Translations under genes and position numbers: made by a program
DNA from: an uncultured virus (IMG/VR IMGVR_UViG_3300037418_002777)
Taxonomy: Duplodnaviria; Heunggongvirae; Uroviricota; Caudoviricetes
Length of the DNA: 64,000 nt
Virus record (IMG/VR): IMGVR_UViG_3300037418_002777
Reading direction: 5' to 3' (one strand)
The notes under the pieces: model-generated
What the model saw: only the letters and a program-made list of their open reading frames with translations
The model's database searches: none
Told to the model about the DNA's origin: nothing
Part shown: piece by piece, positions 1 through 9,457 of the stretch
How positions within the stretch are numbered: the first letter of the stretch is position 1
Layout: each line of letters opens with the position of its first letter

Positions 1-541
1 TCGGGTCGCGGAAGATCGCGCCCTCGTAGCGCTTCTCGAGGCAGTCGACGATCCAGGCGCGTGCCTCGTCCGGGTTGTTGATCCAGACGAACGGCAGCAC
101 CGTGATGTTGGGGTCGGCGCCGTCGCCGCACAGGGACGCCAGCATGTCGTAGCGCTCGAGGTATTCCAGGTGCAGCGCCTCCGGCCCCAGGTAGTCGAAC
201 AGGTTCCACACGGCGTTGGTCGGCAGCTCGGTCTCGCCCTTCTTGACCTTCGCGCGGTTGGTCAGGCCGGTGGTCAGGCTGCACAGGGTCTCGCCGTCGA
301 GCGTCTCGTCGGTGAGCAGGCCGTCGATGGTCAGCTCGCCGTCGAAGCCGGCGTACCCAGGGCCGTTGAACTTGGCGTTGAGCGCGGTGTTCTTGAACGG
401 GTCCATCGAGCGGCCGTGGAAGAAGCCGATCAGGTGGCTGGCGCGCACGCCGTCGACCTTGCGAAAGCCCATCAGCGGGTAGCGGGCGGTGTCGGGGTTG
501 AACTCGTCCTTGATGGCCGAGGTGGGTTGGAGTTGGGTCAT
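1..541 (-). CDS. lig: ATP-dependent DNA ligase (runs off left edge of window)
   Basis: Manual translation from ATG at 541: MTQLQPTSAIKDEF...GFRKVDGVRA (KxDGxR adenylation motif), FDGEL (motif III), YEGAIFRDP (motif IV). Not in the ORF track because it is truncated. Confidence 0.85.
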   Translation of the reverse strand, partial: MTQLQPTSAIKDEFNPDTARYPLMGFRKVDGVRASHLIGFFHGRSMDPFKNTALNAKFNGPGYAGFDGELTIDGLLTDETLDGETLCSLTTGLTNRAKVKKGETELPTNAVWNLFDYLGPEALHLEYLERYDMLASLCGDGADPNITVLPFVWINNPDEARAWIVDCLEKRYEGAIFRDP

Positions 542-552
542 TGGTCTCTTTC

Positions 553-876
553 TTAGTTGGTGGTGAGTGGGTAAAGCTGGCGCGCCTGCTGCTGCAGGCG
601 CATGATTTCGTTGTCGATCTCCTGCAGGCGCATCTCAACAACGGTGTGGTCGAGCAGGCAGACCCTACGCGGGTGGTGCCGGTCCTTCAACGTCTCCCAG
701 TCGAAGGTGTCCGGAATAGCTCGGACCGGCACGGAGAGATTCCACGTGCGCTGCAGGATCTGCGCCATTTGTATGGTGGGCATGAGCACGACCACGTCGT
801 GCCCGTCCGCCTGCAGCCGTGCGGCCTTCTCGACCAGCCGCGTGGTGCGGCCGGTCTGGATCAGGTGTTTGTTCAT
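553..876 (-). CDS. hypothetical protein with degenerate P-loop-like start (QTGRTT)
   Basis: 107 aa, co-oriented with neighbours, AAAGG upstream. Confidence 0.6.
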   Translation of the reverse strand: MNKHLIQTGRTTRLVEKAARLQADGHDVVVLMPTIQMAQILQRTWNLSVPVRAIPDTFDWETLKDRHHPRRVCLLDHTVVEMRLQEIDNEIMRLQQQARQLYPLTTN

Positions 877-885
877 TTGAGCCTT

Positions 886-1104
886 TCAGTTCAAGTTGCC
901 CGGCCGCGCGCCGAGGACGACGCATTCGCCGATGGTGTCGAGCACGTCGTCCAGTTCAAGGCCGGCGGCCTTGGCCAAGCGGTTGACGCGGTCGAATTCG
1001 ACCATGTGCGCCGCCAGGGCGTGCACGACTTCCTGGCGCACCGGGTCGTCGAAGCCAAGCGCCCGGCAGGCGGCGCAGGCCGGGCAGTTGGTGGGGTGGT
1101 TCAT
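886..1104 (-). CDS. hypothetical protein
   Basis: 72 aa, ATGA overlap with polymerase stop, AAGGAGG RBS. Confidence 0.6.
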   Translation of the reverse strand: MNHPTNCPACAACRALGFDDPVRQEVVHALAAHMVEFDRVNRLAKAAGLELDDVLDTIGECVVLGARPGNLN

Positions 1105-4100
1105 GCTGCCTCCTTCTGCGCTTCACGCTTGGCTTTGTTTTTCCACATTTCGTCCAGGCCCTTCTGGATCGCCTCGCGCGACGGCACCGGCCCGATCTCG
1201 ATCTGGTTGAAGAAGTCCAGGCCGAAGCTGATGTCGCCCTCGATCGGCACCGCCATGCCGGCGTAGTTGGCCACCATGCAGGCGTGCATCTCGGGGATGA
1301 AGTCGAACAGGTCGGCGATCCGCACCGACGCCACAATCTCGTCGTGAATCGGGCCGATACACACGGCGTCGTAGCGGAAGAACAGGCCACGCTCCCACAT
1401 CCGGCCTTCGGCCAGCTTGGTCTGCTCGGCGGCCGAACCCTGGATCTTGAAGTTCACCGCCTGACGCTCGGCCTTGGACGCTTCCCACTTGTCGTCGCTC
1501 ATGAAGGCCGGCCCAAGGTGGCGGCGCGCGCCCAGCATGGTGGTGACGTAGCCAGACTGCTTGGCCTCGGCCTTGACGTTCTCCTTCCACTGCGTGGACA
1601 CGGCGAACAGCTCCTCGCGCGCGTCCAGGTACTCCTGCGCCTCCTCGACCGACACCATCAGCGTGATCGCGACCTTCTCGGCCATCGCGCCGAATTCGGC
1701 GGTGAAATTCAGCTTCTTGCCCAGGTTGCGGATCTTCTTGACGAACTTGTAGTCCGGGTGGGTCGGGTCGTCCAGGATGTCGGCGAACGGCTCGTACAGC
1801 CAGCCACGCTCGGGCTGCTTCTTCTGGATGATCGCCAGACCCGTCAGGTGGTGCTGGTCGCGCTTGTTGTCGCCGATGTACATCGACAGCATCACCGGGT
1901 CCTGCGACTGCTCGGCCATCAGGCGCAGCTCCTGCGCCTTGAAGTCGATCGAGACGATCACCGCGTCGGGCCGGTGCGGCACCACCACTTCGCGGAAGCG
2001 TGAAGCGTAGCCGTCGATCTTTGGGTGCTTCGGCCATTGCTGCTTGTTGGGCGAGCTCTCCGACGCGCGCCGGGTGTTGGTCGACGCTTGGTTGTGCTGC
2101 GAACGCACCTTGCCGTCCTTCCAGTGCGGGAAGTACGGATACTTGTTGTAGAACAGGGTGCGGCGGGTGCCGACCATCGACATCAGCTGCAAGGCTTCGA
2201 GCACCGACTTGACCTGCTGCGCCTCGTCGCGCTGGGGCGCCCAGGCACCAAGGCCGTCAAGGCCGTCGTCGATGAATTCCTGCGCCTCCTTGATGCGCGC
2301 TTCCATCTGCTGCAGCGCGTAGGCGATCGCCAGGCTGTCGGTCTTCGGCGTGCCTTCGCGGATGCCGGCCTTCCTCATCACCTCGGTCGGCTTGTTGCGC
2401 ACCACGATCGGCAGGCCCATGACTTCGTACATCAGGCGCTGCATCTGCTTGGGCGAACCGTCGTTGAACTGGGGCTCGCCCTTGAAGAAGCGGCGCACGT
2501 AGGCGTTGAAGTCGTTCTGAGCGACCAGAATTGCTGCTTGGTCCGCTTTCTGCTGCTCGGTCAGCGCCCAGGGGTCGAAGGGTTCGTCCGTGTTCACCAG
2601 CTCCGGGTCTTCTTCGGTCAGAGATTTGCGCAGCGCCTCCAGCAGCGGCTGCGCCTGCACCAGCGTGTCAAGCATGCCGGCGAACACCGGCTCGTCCTCG
2701 ACCTCGCGGATGAAGGTGACGATCTTCGACAGCGTGCGCATCTGGGTACCCAGGGTGCGCCCGGTGACAATCGTGAACGCCTCCTTGACCTGCGCTGGCG
2801 TGATGTCGACCGTGTACTCGGGCGGGCGCGTGCCTTCCCAGCCCTTCTCGATCAGGTAGTCGCGCAGCGTGGCCCAGGCCTTGTCGTAGGTTTCGTCGTC
2901 CTCGGCGGACAGCTCGTTCATCTTCTCGAGCGAGATGTCGCAGCCGTCGATGAAGTTCTTCGCGTGCTGGTAGGCCGCATTGAGCTCGACCGGCTGGTAC
3001 ACCTCGTAGTGGTGCTCCAGCTGCATGTGCAGCTTGTAGTAGTTGTGTAGCGCGATCGTGCAGATCGGGTCGTCGGCACCGTAGCCAAGCACGTGCCAAG
3101 CCGGCAGCTCGTGCATCTTGTAGCGGCGCGTCTGGGTTTTGACGATCCGGCGCGTCTCCATCTCCGTGGTGTTAGGGTCCAGGTCGTCCCGTTCGTCGAT
3201 CTCCTCGCCGGTCGCGTAGACGAATTCGAGGTGTTCGCCAGTTGCCGGGTCCACGCGCGAAACCAGCGTGCGGCCGGTCGGTTCCAGCACGTACTCGGTC
3301 TTCATGATCTCGGCCGGCTGCACGCCCGCGGCGATCTCCTCCTCGGAGAGCGGCTCGAAGCGGCCGGTGCCGACCTGGCGCGTCTCGTAGGTCTCCGACA
3401 GGACGCGCCCGCCCGGGAACAGCTCGGACGGGTGTGCGGTGACGCGGGTCACCTCGTCGAAGGTCTGCTGGCGGTAGCCGAGGATGCCGTGCGAGCGCTC
3501 CTTCAGGCCGCGCCGGCTGTTCTCGTTGACGTACGAGGCCTCGATCGCGGTGTCGCGCACGTTCGGCAGGAAGCCGTGGTAGCCGTTGTCCAGCTGGCGG
3601 CCGCCCCACTCGTTGAACAGCACCGACAGCTCGAACGACACGTTCTGGATGATCAGTTCCTTCTCCTGCGGGATCGCGGCGATGAACTGGCGCAGCTTCT
3701 CGCTGTCGACGTTGTCGGTGTCGGCGTGCTTGACCGAGAAGTAGAACGTGTACTGGTTGTTCGGGCCGAAGGTCAGGCCAAGGCCGACCAGGTAGGAGCC
3801 GAACACGTCCACGCCGGCGTCCTCCAGGTCGCCCGACTTGGTCATCGCCGCCAGCCAGTCGTCCGACTCGTCCGGGGTCGAGGTCTCGATGTCGAGCGCG
3901 ATGTCTTCCGAGGCCAGGAGGCGCGGCAGCGCCCACGCAGTCGCTTCGTCGAAGTTCTCGGCCGTGACCAGCCAAGTCTGGCCGAGCCATTGCTTCAGGC
4001 GTGGGTCGCGGTCGGCGTCGCTCCGCTGGCGCACCATGCCCGGCTCCCAGTGGAGCGGCATGCGCATCGTGTTGACCCACTCGGGGCGGATGCGCGCCAG

Positions 4101-4895
4101 GTCGAAGCAGGTCTGCACCTGCGGCGCGTTATCGTAGACCAGCTGCAGCAGCTTGTCCTGCGGCCCGGCGATGAAGTCGCCCAGCTGCTTCAGGTTCGAG
4201 CCAAGCAGCATGTTGTGGATCTCGCGCACGCCGTCGTCGCCGTACTGCGCGCGCAGCGCCTCCCATTTGGCCGGGCCGAAGCCGGGGCAACCCTTGATCT
4301 TGTCCGAGCTGTCGCCCACCAGCGCCTTGTAGGTCGTGACCAGGTCGTAGTCGAAGGGGCCATACTTGTTGAACCCGATCATCTCGTTGATCCAGGTCTC
4401 GACCTTGGCGCCGTACTGGTTGACCATGTTCAGCACCGTCAGGTCGTTGTCGAACGTGGCGATGACCAGGTCGTCCTCGGTGTTGTGGGCCAGCCAGGCC
4501 AGCGTGTCGTCGCCCTCGGCGGCATCCTGCCACATCGTTTGCGCGCCGAGGTCCTTCCAGGTCTGCTTGAGCATCTCGCGCAGCTTGGTGAACTCCTCGT
4601 AAGCCTCGGGCGGGCGGCTCGACGCGCCGCCGCCCTTGTAGCTGTTGTCGATCAACAGGCGCCGCGACTTGGAGTTGGCACCTTCAAAAACGAGAATGCA
4701 GTTAATTGGGTTCAGCTTGAATTGCTTGAGGACGTCCAGCATCCGGCCCAGCGTGTTGTCGTAGCCGTACAGCGCCGAGTTGATGTAGACGTCCTTGCCC
4801 TCATGCTGGACGGTGTAGCCGTTCTCTTTGTCTTTCCCCCACGAGAGCATGGTCCACATGAAGCTGGACATGTCGTAGGCGAGTCGTTTTTTCAT
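1101..4895 (-). CDS. polA: DNA polymerase family A with 5'-3' exonuclease, 3'-5' exonuclease and polymerase domains
   Basis: AEGDD, TFDNDL and ALVGDSSDKIKGCPGFG (5'-3' exo); ALDIET (ExoI); DFKAQELR (motif A), KKLNF (motif B), HDE (motif C). Start moved to MKKRLAYD, which has a GGAGG RBS. Confidence 0.95.
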   Translation of the reverse strand: MKKRLAYDMSSFMWTMLSWGKDKENGYTVQHEGKDVYINSALYGYDNTLGRMLDVLKQFKLNPINCILVFEGANSKSRRLLIDNSYKGGGASSRPPEAYEEFTKLREMLKQTWKDLGAQTMWQDAAEGDDTLAWLAHNTEDDLVIATFDNDLTVLNMVNQYGAKVETWINEMIGFNKYGPFDYDLVTTYKALVGDSSDKIKGCPGFGPAKWEALRAQYGDDGVREIHNMLLGSNLKQLGDFIAGPQDKLLQLVYDNAPQVQTCFDLARIRPEWVNTMRMPLHWEPGMVRQRSDADRDPRLKQWLGQTWLVTAENFDEATAWALPRLLASEDIALDIETSTPDESDDWLAAMTKSGDLEDAGVDVFGSYLVGLGLTFGPNNQYTFYFSVKHADTDNVDSEKLRQFIAAIPQEKELIIQNVSFELSVLFNEWGGRQLDNGYHGFLPNVRDTAIEASYVNENSRRGLKERSHGILGYRQQTFDEVTRVTAHPSELFPGGRVLSETYETRQVGTGRFEPLSEEEIAAGVQPAEIMKTEYVLEPTGRTLVSRVDPATGEHLEFVYATGEEIDERDDLDPNTTEMETRRIVKTQTRRYKMHELPAWHVLGYGADDPICTIALHNYYKLHMQLEHHYEVYQPVELNAAYQHAKNFIDGCDISLEKMNELSAEDDETYDKAWATLRDYLIEKGWEGTRPPEYTVDITPAQVKEAFTIVTGRTLGTQMRTLSKIVTFIREVEDEPVFAGMLDTLVQAQPLLEALRKSLTEEDPELVNTDEPFDPWALTEQQKADQAAILVAQNDFNAYVRRFFKGEPQFNDGSPKQMQRLMYEVMGLPIVVRNKPTEVMRKAGIREGTPKTDSLAIAYALQQMEARIKEAQEFIDDGLDGLGAWAPQRDEAQQVKSVLEALQLMSMVGTRRTLFYNKYPYFPHWKDGKVRSQHNQASTNTRRASESSPNKQQWPKHPKIDGYASRFREVVVPHRPDAVIVSIDFKAQELRLMAEQSQDPVMLSMYIGDNKRDQHHLTGLAIIQKKQPERGWLYEPFADILDDPTHPDYKFVKKIRNLGKKLNFTAEFGAMAEKVAITLMVSVEEAQEYLDAREELFAVSTQWKENVKAEAKQSGYVTTMLGARRHLGPAFMSDDKWEASKAERQAVNFKIQGSAAEQTKLAEGRMWERGLFFRYDAVCIGPIHDEIVASVRIADLFDFIPEMHACMVANYAGMAVPIEGDISFGLDFFNQIEIGPVPSREAIQKGLDEMWKNKAKREAQKEAA

Positions 4896-5080
4896 TGAAG
4901 TCCTCCAAGCATAATTGCGCCGATCAGAAGCGCCACAGCGGCCCAGATGTGCGTCACCACGAGGCAGTAGCGCATCCAGTCCCACCGCCCCTCGCGCTGG
5001 GTGCTGTGCGCGCCGTGCAGATTCAAGCCGGCCATTCCCAGCGCGGCAAGCACAAACAACGCCTGCAAAATCAGTTTCAT
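4892..5080 (-). CDS. small membrane protein (2 hydrophobic segments)
   Basis: MKLILQALFVLAALG...; GGAG RBS; ATGA coupling to polA. Confidence 0.6.
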   Translation of the reverse strand: MKLILQALFVLAALGMAGLNLHGAHSTQREGRWDWMRYCLVVTHIWAAVALLIGAIMLGGLQ

Positions 5081-5232
5081 TGAAGTCTCCAGAGGAGCAG
5101 GGCAGCGGCCAGCCACACCTGCGAAACCGTGTAGTAGTGAAGCGCTCTGGGGTTGTTGCTTTTGGCTTCGTGCCACGCCCCGCACACGAGGAACCAGATG
5201 AATGAGCCGACAGCGAATCCGAACGCAGACAT
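5077..5232 (-). CDS. small membrane protein (51 aa)
   Basis: Manual translation MSAFGFAVGSFIWFLVCGAW...SQVWLAAALLLWRLQ; overlaps both neighbours. Confidence 0.55.
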   Translation of the reverse strand: MSAFGFAVGSFIWFLVCGAWHEAKSNNPRALHYYTVSQVWLAAALLLWRLQ

Positions 5233-5474
5233 CACCGCCTCCCCTGCAGCTTCAGCCGCTTCTCAAGCTCGCCCTGGCACGGCGCGCAGCGCACCCACTT
5301 ATAGGCGACCCGTACCGTCGGCAGAGGCTTGCCGCAGCCGATGCAGTCGCACACCGTGACGCCGGCCGGCACCTGCGGCCGCAGGGCCTCGCGCACTGCG
5401 GCCAGGCCGCCAGCGCGCTGCAGCATCTCCAGCCGGCCAGCCAGCTCCACTTCGTCCGCCACGCGCTCGATCAT
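5232..5474 (-). CDS. TraR/DksA-type C4 zinc finger protein
   Basis: CIGCGKPLPTVRV...RCAPCQ pattern. Confidence 0.7.
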   Translation of the reverse strand: MIERVADEVELAGRLEMLQRAGGLAAVREALRPQVPAGVTVCDCIGCGKPLPTVRVAYKWVRCAPCQGELEKRLKLQGRR

Positions 5475-6001
5475 GCGAGCTCCAGCGCGGAGCGGACCTG
5501 CATCATCGTGAAGCTGATGCCGCCGCTGTTGTCGATCAAGTGGTCGCGGCTAGGGTAAAACTCGATGCCGGCTTCCGAGGCGTGGCCGGCGTTCGCGCCC
5601 AGGTCAGCGGCGCGACCGTGCACGAACAGCATGGTGCCGCCCAGGCGGCGGATCATCGCCGCCTCGTTCTCGAAACGCACGTCGGACAGCACATAGCGAT
5701 AGTCGCGGTCCAGAAGGTCGACCAGCTGCTGCTCGACCAGCTTGACCCAGATATCCGAATCCAGGCTGCGGCCCCATTCCGTGCCCAGCTTCTGGGCCGC
5801 CTCGCGCCAGCTGAAGTCGAAGCCTGGCAGCGGCTTTTCCTTGTCGGCGCGGCTGGCCGGCTCCGGCATGCCGGCCGCCGCCAGCATCGCCTTGAGCGGG
5901 CCGGCGAACGACAGCTTGGTGAAGCCGTGCTCGCGTACGAGGCAGTCGGCGATGGTGTCCTTGCCTGCACCGGCCTTGCCGGTGACGCCTGCTAAGATCA
6001 T
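5471..6001 (-). CDS. deoxynucleoside monophosphate kinase
   Basis: GVTGKAGAGKDT P-loop, SFAGPLK, QKLGTEWGR, SDVRFENE, HASE. Confidence 0.9.
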   Translation of the reverse strand: MILAGVTGKAGAGKDTIADCLVREHGFTKLSFAGPLKAMLAAAGMPEPASRADKEKPLPGFDFSWREAAQKLGTEWGRSLDSDIWVKLVEQQLVDLLDRDYRYVLSDVRFENEAAMIRRLGGTMLFVHGRAADLGANAGHASEAGIEFYPSRDHLIDNSGGISFTMMQVRSALELA

Positions 6002-6219
6002 GGTTTTCTCCCTAATTTGTTGAATACTCTTCTGAAGATGTACGAGCGCACCACGGATACGACGGTGAAGAAGACCGTGATGCCTAGGTTGCCGGCGGCC
6101 GACACCGGCAGGTGCCACAGCGGCGTGACGACGAACTGCTGCAGCAGGGCGCTGATCACGAAGCCGGTGCCGATGTTGGTCAGCACCTCGAGCCAGCTGT
6201 GCCTCACAGATTGCGACAT
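5998..6219 (-). CDS. small phage membrane protein
   Basis: MSQSVRHSWLEVLTNIG...SVVRSYIFRRVFN; two hydrophobic helices. Confidence 0.65.
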   Translation of the reverse strand: MSQSVRHSWLEVLTNIGTGFVISALLQQFVVTPLWHLPVSAAGNLGITVFFTVVSVVRSYIFRRVFNKLGRKP

Positions 6220-7271
6220 ACGTCCTCCCGCTGAATCTCGGCCGGCAGCTCCTGGTACTTCGCGGCCAGGTAGTTGCGGATCACATCAACCCGTCCGCGC
6301 GCCAGGGTGAACGGGAACTGGTCGCTGGCGTAGATGTGACGCTTGAAGTTCGAGACCGTCAGCACCGCCGGCACCAGCACCGCACGCAGCGACTGCAGCT
6401 TGCTGCGGTCGGACAGCGTCGGCACGCTGATCACGTCCAAGGCGTCGGCCAGCGCGCGCTCGCGCTCCTTCATCAGCGGCGCGTCGTACTTCACCACCTG
6501 CACCGCCTGCAGCAGGTCCGGACAGTGGGCACCGGTCGAGAGCAGGCGCAGGGCCTGCAGCGCCTGGTCGAGTGCCTCGAAGTTGGTCGGGAAGCGTGAA
6601 CGGTGCACGTGCAGCACCGAGCGCAACGAGGCCAGCTGGTCGTAACGGCAGCTGTAGTCGGCGTCGCCGCGCGGCATGGTGAGCAGCTCCGGCACCATGC
6701 CGGCGACCGACACCTTCCAGCGCGACTCGCACAAGGGCAGGCCGCCCTGGACCCCGATCTGCATGCCGTCGGCGAATTCGACGAAGTAGCTATCGTCATC
6801 CGAGATCACGTCGCGCACCGGCAGCGAGGTCGCCGCGGCATGCGCCACCTCGAGCGAGAACAGCGCACCGGCCAGCTCGTCGAGCACCGGCCAGCCGGAC
6901 GGGCGCGAGAAGCGGAAGGCGCGCTGGCCGACCCGCACCGACGGCATCGCGCGGCCGCAGTTGGCCAAGGCCCCGCGGCCACGGTGGTACAACGCCGACG
7001 GACGCAGCCACATGTCGTCGAGCGTCTTGACCCAGAACGCGTGCAGCTTGTGCTGCTCCAGCTGCATCGGCGCGTCGAAGTAGTCCTGCAGGCCGGCACC
7101 GGACAGGGTCTGCGACGTGATCAGGGGCGGGGCCTGCCACGGCAGGTCGACGATCTCGATCTTGCCGGGGGCCTTCTCGGCGTCGGTCAGGTTGGAAGCG
7201 GCAAAAGCGGCCGCAACCGCTTTTGCCAGCGCCCGCACCTGTGCCTGCAGCGACACGAGGTGGTCGGCCAT
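6204..7271 (-). CDS. hypothetical protein
   Basis: Long ORF in operon; start placed at MADHLVS, just after the upstream stop. Confidence 0.65.
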   Translation of the reverse strand: MADHLVSLQAQVRALAKAVAAAFAASNLTDAEKAPGKIEIVDLPWQAPPLITSQTLSGAGLQDYFDAPMQLEQHKLHAFWVKTLDDMWLRPSALYHRGRGALANCGRAMPSVRVGQRAFRFSRPSGWPVLDELAGALFSLEVAHAAATSLPVRDVISDDDSYFVEFADGMQIGVQGGLPLCESRWKVSVAGMVPELLTMPRGDADYSCRYDQLASLRSVLHVHRSRFPTNFEALDQALQALRLLSTGAHCPDLLQAVQVVKYDAPLMKERERALADALDVISVPTLSDRSKLQSLRAVLVPAVLTVSNFKRHIYASDQFPFTLARGRVDVIRNYLAAKYQELPAEIQREDVCRNL

Positions 7272-7273
7272 GC

Positions 7274-7741
7274 TTAGCCTGCCTGCGCCATGCCGAGGCG
7301 CTCTACCAGCAGGGCGTGGATACGTGGTTCCGGCTTCCAGTAGTTCGGGCCTTTCTGGACCTTCCCGTTCGCGTCGTAAATGGGGAGGCCGTCTGCGCCG
7401 AGCTTGCTCATGTTCGATTCCATGATGATGGCCAGAACCTCGTCCAGCGGCAGCCCCCACTTGGCCATTTCACTGCCGCAGTACACCTGGATATCGCCCA
7501 TCAGGTCTGCCAGCGCGGTCAGGGCCTTGAACATATCGCCCAACGCCCCCGGCGCTTGCAGGTCCAGCGCCTCTTCAGCATTGGCGGCCAGGTCAATGAC
7601 CTCATCAATCTCGTCCAGCTCCTTCTGCAGAATCACCTTCAGATCGCGCAAACGTTGCGTGGATATGAAGTTTGGCCGATCCGATACCGGCAGGCGATAC
7701 ATCTGATTGAATGCGACGAGGGCTTGGGAAAATTGGCTCAT
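7274..7741 (-). CDS. MazG-like / all-alpha NTP pyrophosphohydrolase
   Basis: ELDE, ADLMGD, ESNMSKLGADGLPIYDANGKVQKGPNYWKP. Confidence 0.85.
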   Translation of the reverse strand: MSQFSQALVAFNQMYRLPVSDRPNFISTQRLRDLKVILQKELDEIDEVIDLAANAEEALDLQAPGALGDMFKALTALADLMGDIQVYCGSEMAKWGLPLDEVLAIIMESNMSKLGADGLPIYDANGKVQKGPNYWKPEPRIHALLVERLGMAQAG

Positions 7742-7772
7742 TGGTGTCTCTTTCTTTTGGGTGGGTGGGTTG

Positions 7773-8498
7773 TTATTTCAGCGTCTTCAGGACTTTGAGG
7801 ACCGACTTCTTCAGGTTCGGCTCGAGGTCCGGCAGGCCCTTCATCCACAGCAGGTAGTCCTTCGGCACCTGGTGCAGCAGCTTGCCGCAATGCTTGCCCC
7901 ACGGCATACGGTGCACCGTGGTGTCCATCGTGGCCAGGAAGTCGGGCAAGGTGCGCTCGGTGCGGCCGAGGATCTCGCGCAGCAGGCGCTTGGTGGTGTA
8001 GACGTCGGCCAGCGCGCGGTGCGCCTCGTTCTCCGGAAAGCCGAAGTATTCGCGCAGGGTGGTCAGCTTGTGGTTCTCGGGGCCGTCGACGCCGGGGATG
8101 CCTTTCGGGATCAGCTGGCGCGAGTGGAACAGCGTGCACACCGAGGCCGTGATGTCGCCGATCAGGTGGAGACGCGGCACGTCGAACGACGTGTTGTGGG
8201 CGATGACGACGATCTGGCGCCCGTCGAAGCGGCCCTTCAGGCGGTGCTCGATGAACTCGTCCATCGTCGGCTCGTCGGCCACCATCTCGTCGGTGATGCC
8301 GTGGATCGCGGTCGCCTCGGCCGGGATCGGGTTCTGCGGGTCGATCAGCGAGTCGATCTCCCACAGCGTCTCGAGCGTGAGCGGGTCGATCTCGCACAAC
8401 GCGATCTCGCAGATGCCCAGCTCGACCAAGAGGCCCGGGGTCTCGGTGTCGGCGATCACCCAGGCGATGTCGCGCGTGTCGATTTGTTGGTTTTCCAT
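7773..8498 (-). CDS. DEDDh 3'-5' exonuclease (DnaQ/ExoX-like)
   Basis: DTET, AHNTSFD, AHRALADV; C-terminal MPWGKH...VPKDYLLW. Confidence 0.9.
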   Translation of the reverse strand: MENQQIDTRDIAWVIADTETPGLLVELGICEIALCEIDPLTLETLWEIDSLIDPQNPIPAEATAIHGITDEMVADEPTMDEFIEHRLKGRFDGRQIVVIAHNTSFDVPRLHLIGDITASVCTLFHSRQLIPKGIPGVDGPENHKLTTLREYFGFPENEAHRALADVYTTKRLLREILGRTERTLPDFLATMDTTVHRMPWGKHCGKLLHQVPKDYLLWMKGLPDLEPNLKKSVLKVLKTLK

Positions 8499-8513
8499 GT
8501 GGTAGGGTCCATG

Positions 8514-8538
8514 AAAAGAGCGACCCGAAGGTCGCTCT
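8514..8538 (-). terminator. Rho-independent terminator
   Basis: Minus strand AGAGCGACC-TTCG-GGTCGCTCT-TTT (9 bp stem, UUCG loop). Confidence 0.75.
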
Positions 8539-8559
8539 GTGTTGCGGTGGGAGGGAGGG

Positions 8560-9351
8560 TTACGCGTCGTAGCGGCTGAAGCTCGCCACCGTCCACTTGT
8601 TGTCGCCCTTGGACTGCAGGTTGCATTCGATCTTCACGCGCTGTGCACCTTCTGCCTCGATCAGGTTCTTGGCGATCTTGAAGGCTTGGTCCATCTGGTA
8701 ACGCTTGAAGGCGGCCTTCGAGGTCGGCGGCAGGTTGATCTGCACCAGCGAATCCTGCAGATCGGGCAGGTCCTTCTTGCCCTTGACGCCGATGTCGAAC
8801 ACCGAACCGCAGATCACCATACGCTCGGTCATCTTGGCTTCCTTGTGGCCGGTGTCCTTCAGCAACTGCAGGTACTCCTTGCAGTCCTCACCCTTGGTGG
8901 TGGTGATGCCGTCGTTGGAGTAACGCACCAGCTCCTTGGAGGCTTCCGACTTGTCGTCGCCGCCCGGCCCGATGACCCACTGGTCCTGGAACGACAGCAG
9001 CTCCAGGCCGATCGTGTCGCCCAGCACCTTGCCGGTTTCGCGGTCGATCACGTTGCCCTGGTTGATCTGCAGGTTGCGCAGCGTGTCGTACTCGACCGGA
9101 TAGGCGTCCTTCAGCGGCTCGAGCGGGTTGAGCATCGGCTTGGCCTTGGCCACTTGGCCGCTGGTCGGCTTGGTCAGCGCGGTGCCGGTGTTCTGCGCCG
9201 TTTCGGCCGGCTTGGCTGCCGCATGCTTGTTGGCAGCGGCCTGCAGGCGTTCCTGGGCCGCGGCGCGCTGCGCGGCCGCCTGGTCTTCCAGGGTGGCAAC
9301 GTCGTCGTCCGGGTTTTCGAAGGCGGGGGCGGTGGTTTTGTTCAGTGCCAT
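8560..9351 (-). CDS. replication-module protein, possibly ssDNA-binding
   Basis: Own promoter and terminator; function inferred from position only. Confidence 0.6.
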   Translation of the reverse strand: MALNKTTAPAFENPDDDVATLEDQAAAQRAAAQERLQAAANKHAAAKPAETAQNTGTALTKPTSGQVAKAKPMLNPLEPLKDAYPVEYDTLRNLQINQGNVIDRETGKVLGDTIGLELLSFQDQWVIGPGGDDKSEASKELVRYSNDGITTTKGEDCKEYLQLLKDTGHKEAKMTERMVICGSVFDIGVKGKKDLPDLQDSLVQINLPPTSKAAFKRYQMDQAFKIAKNLIEAEGAQRVKIECNLQSKGDNKWTVASFSRYDA

Positions 9352-9418
9352 TTTCATTTCCTTTGAAGTTAAAGTCATCGTTGTGCCGGGCTTGCCCTGC
9401 CCGGCTTAGGGAGAAGTC

Positions 9419-9447
9419 AGTATGTCAAACTTATTGATCAGTGTCAA
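9419..9447 (-). promoter_or_regulatory. sigma70-type promoter
   Basis: Minus strand TTGACA-N17-CATACT. Confidence 0.65.
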
Positions 9448-9457
9448 TTGCCTCCAT

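Noticed and set aside
3120..3450. Possible intein in the DNA polymerase insertion
   Set aside because: No N-terminal Cys/Ser block and no His-Asn followed by Cys/Ser/Thr; treated as an ordinary insertion.
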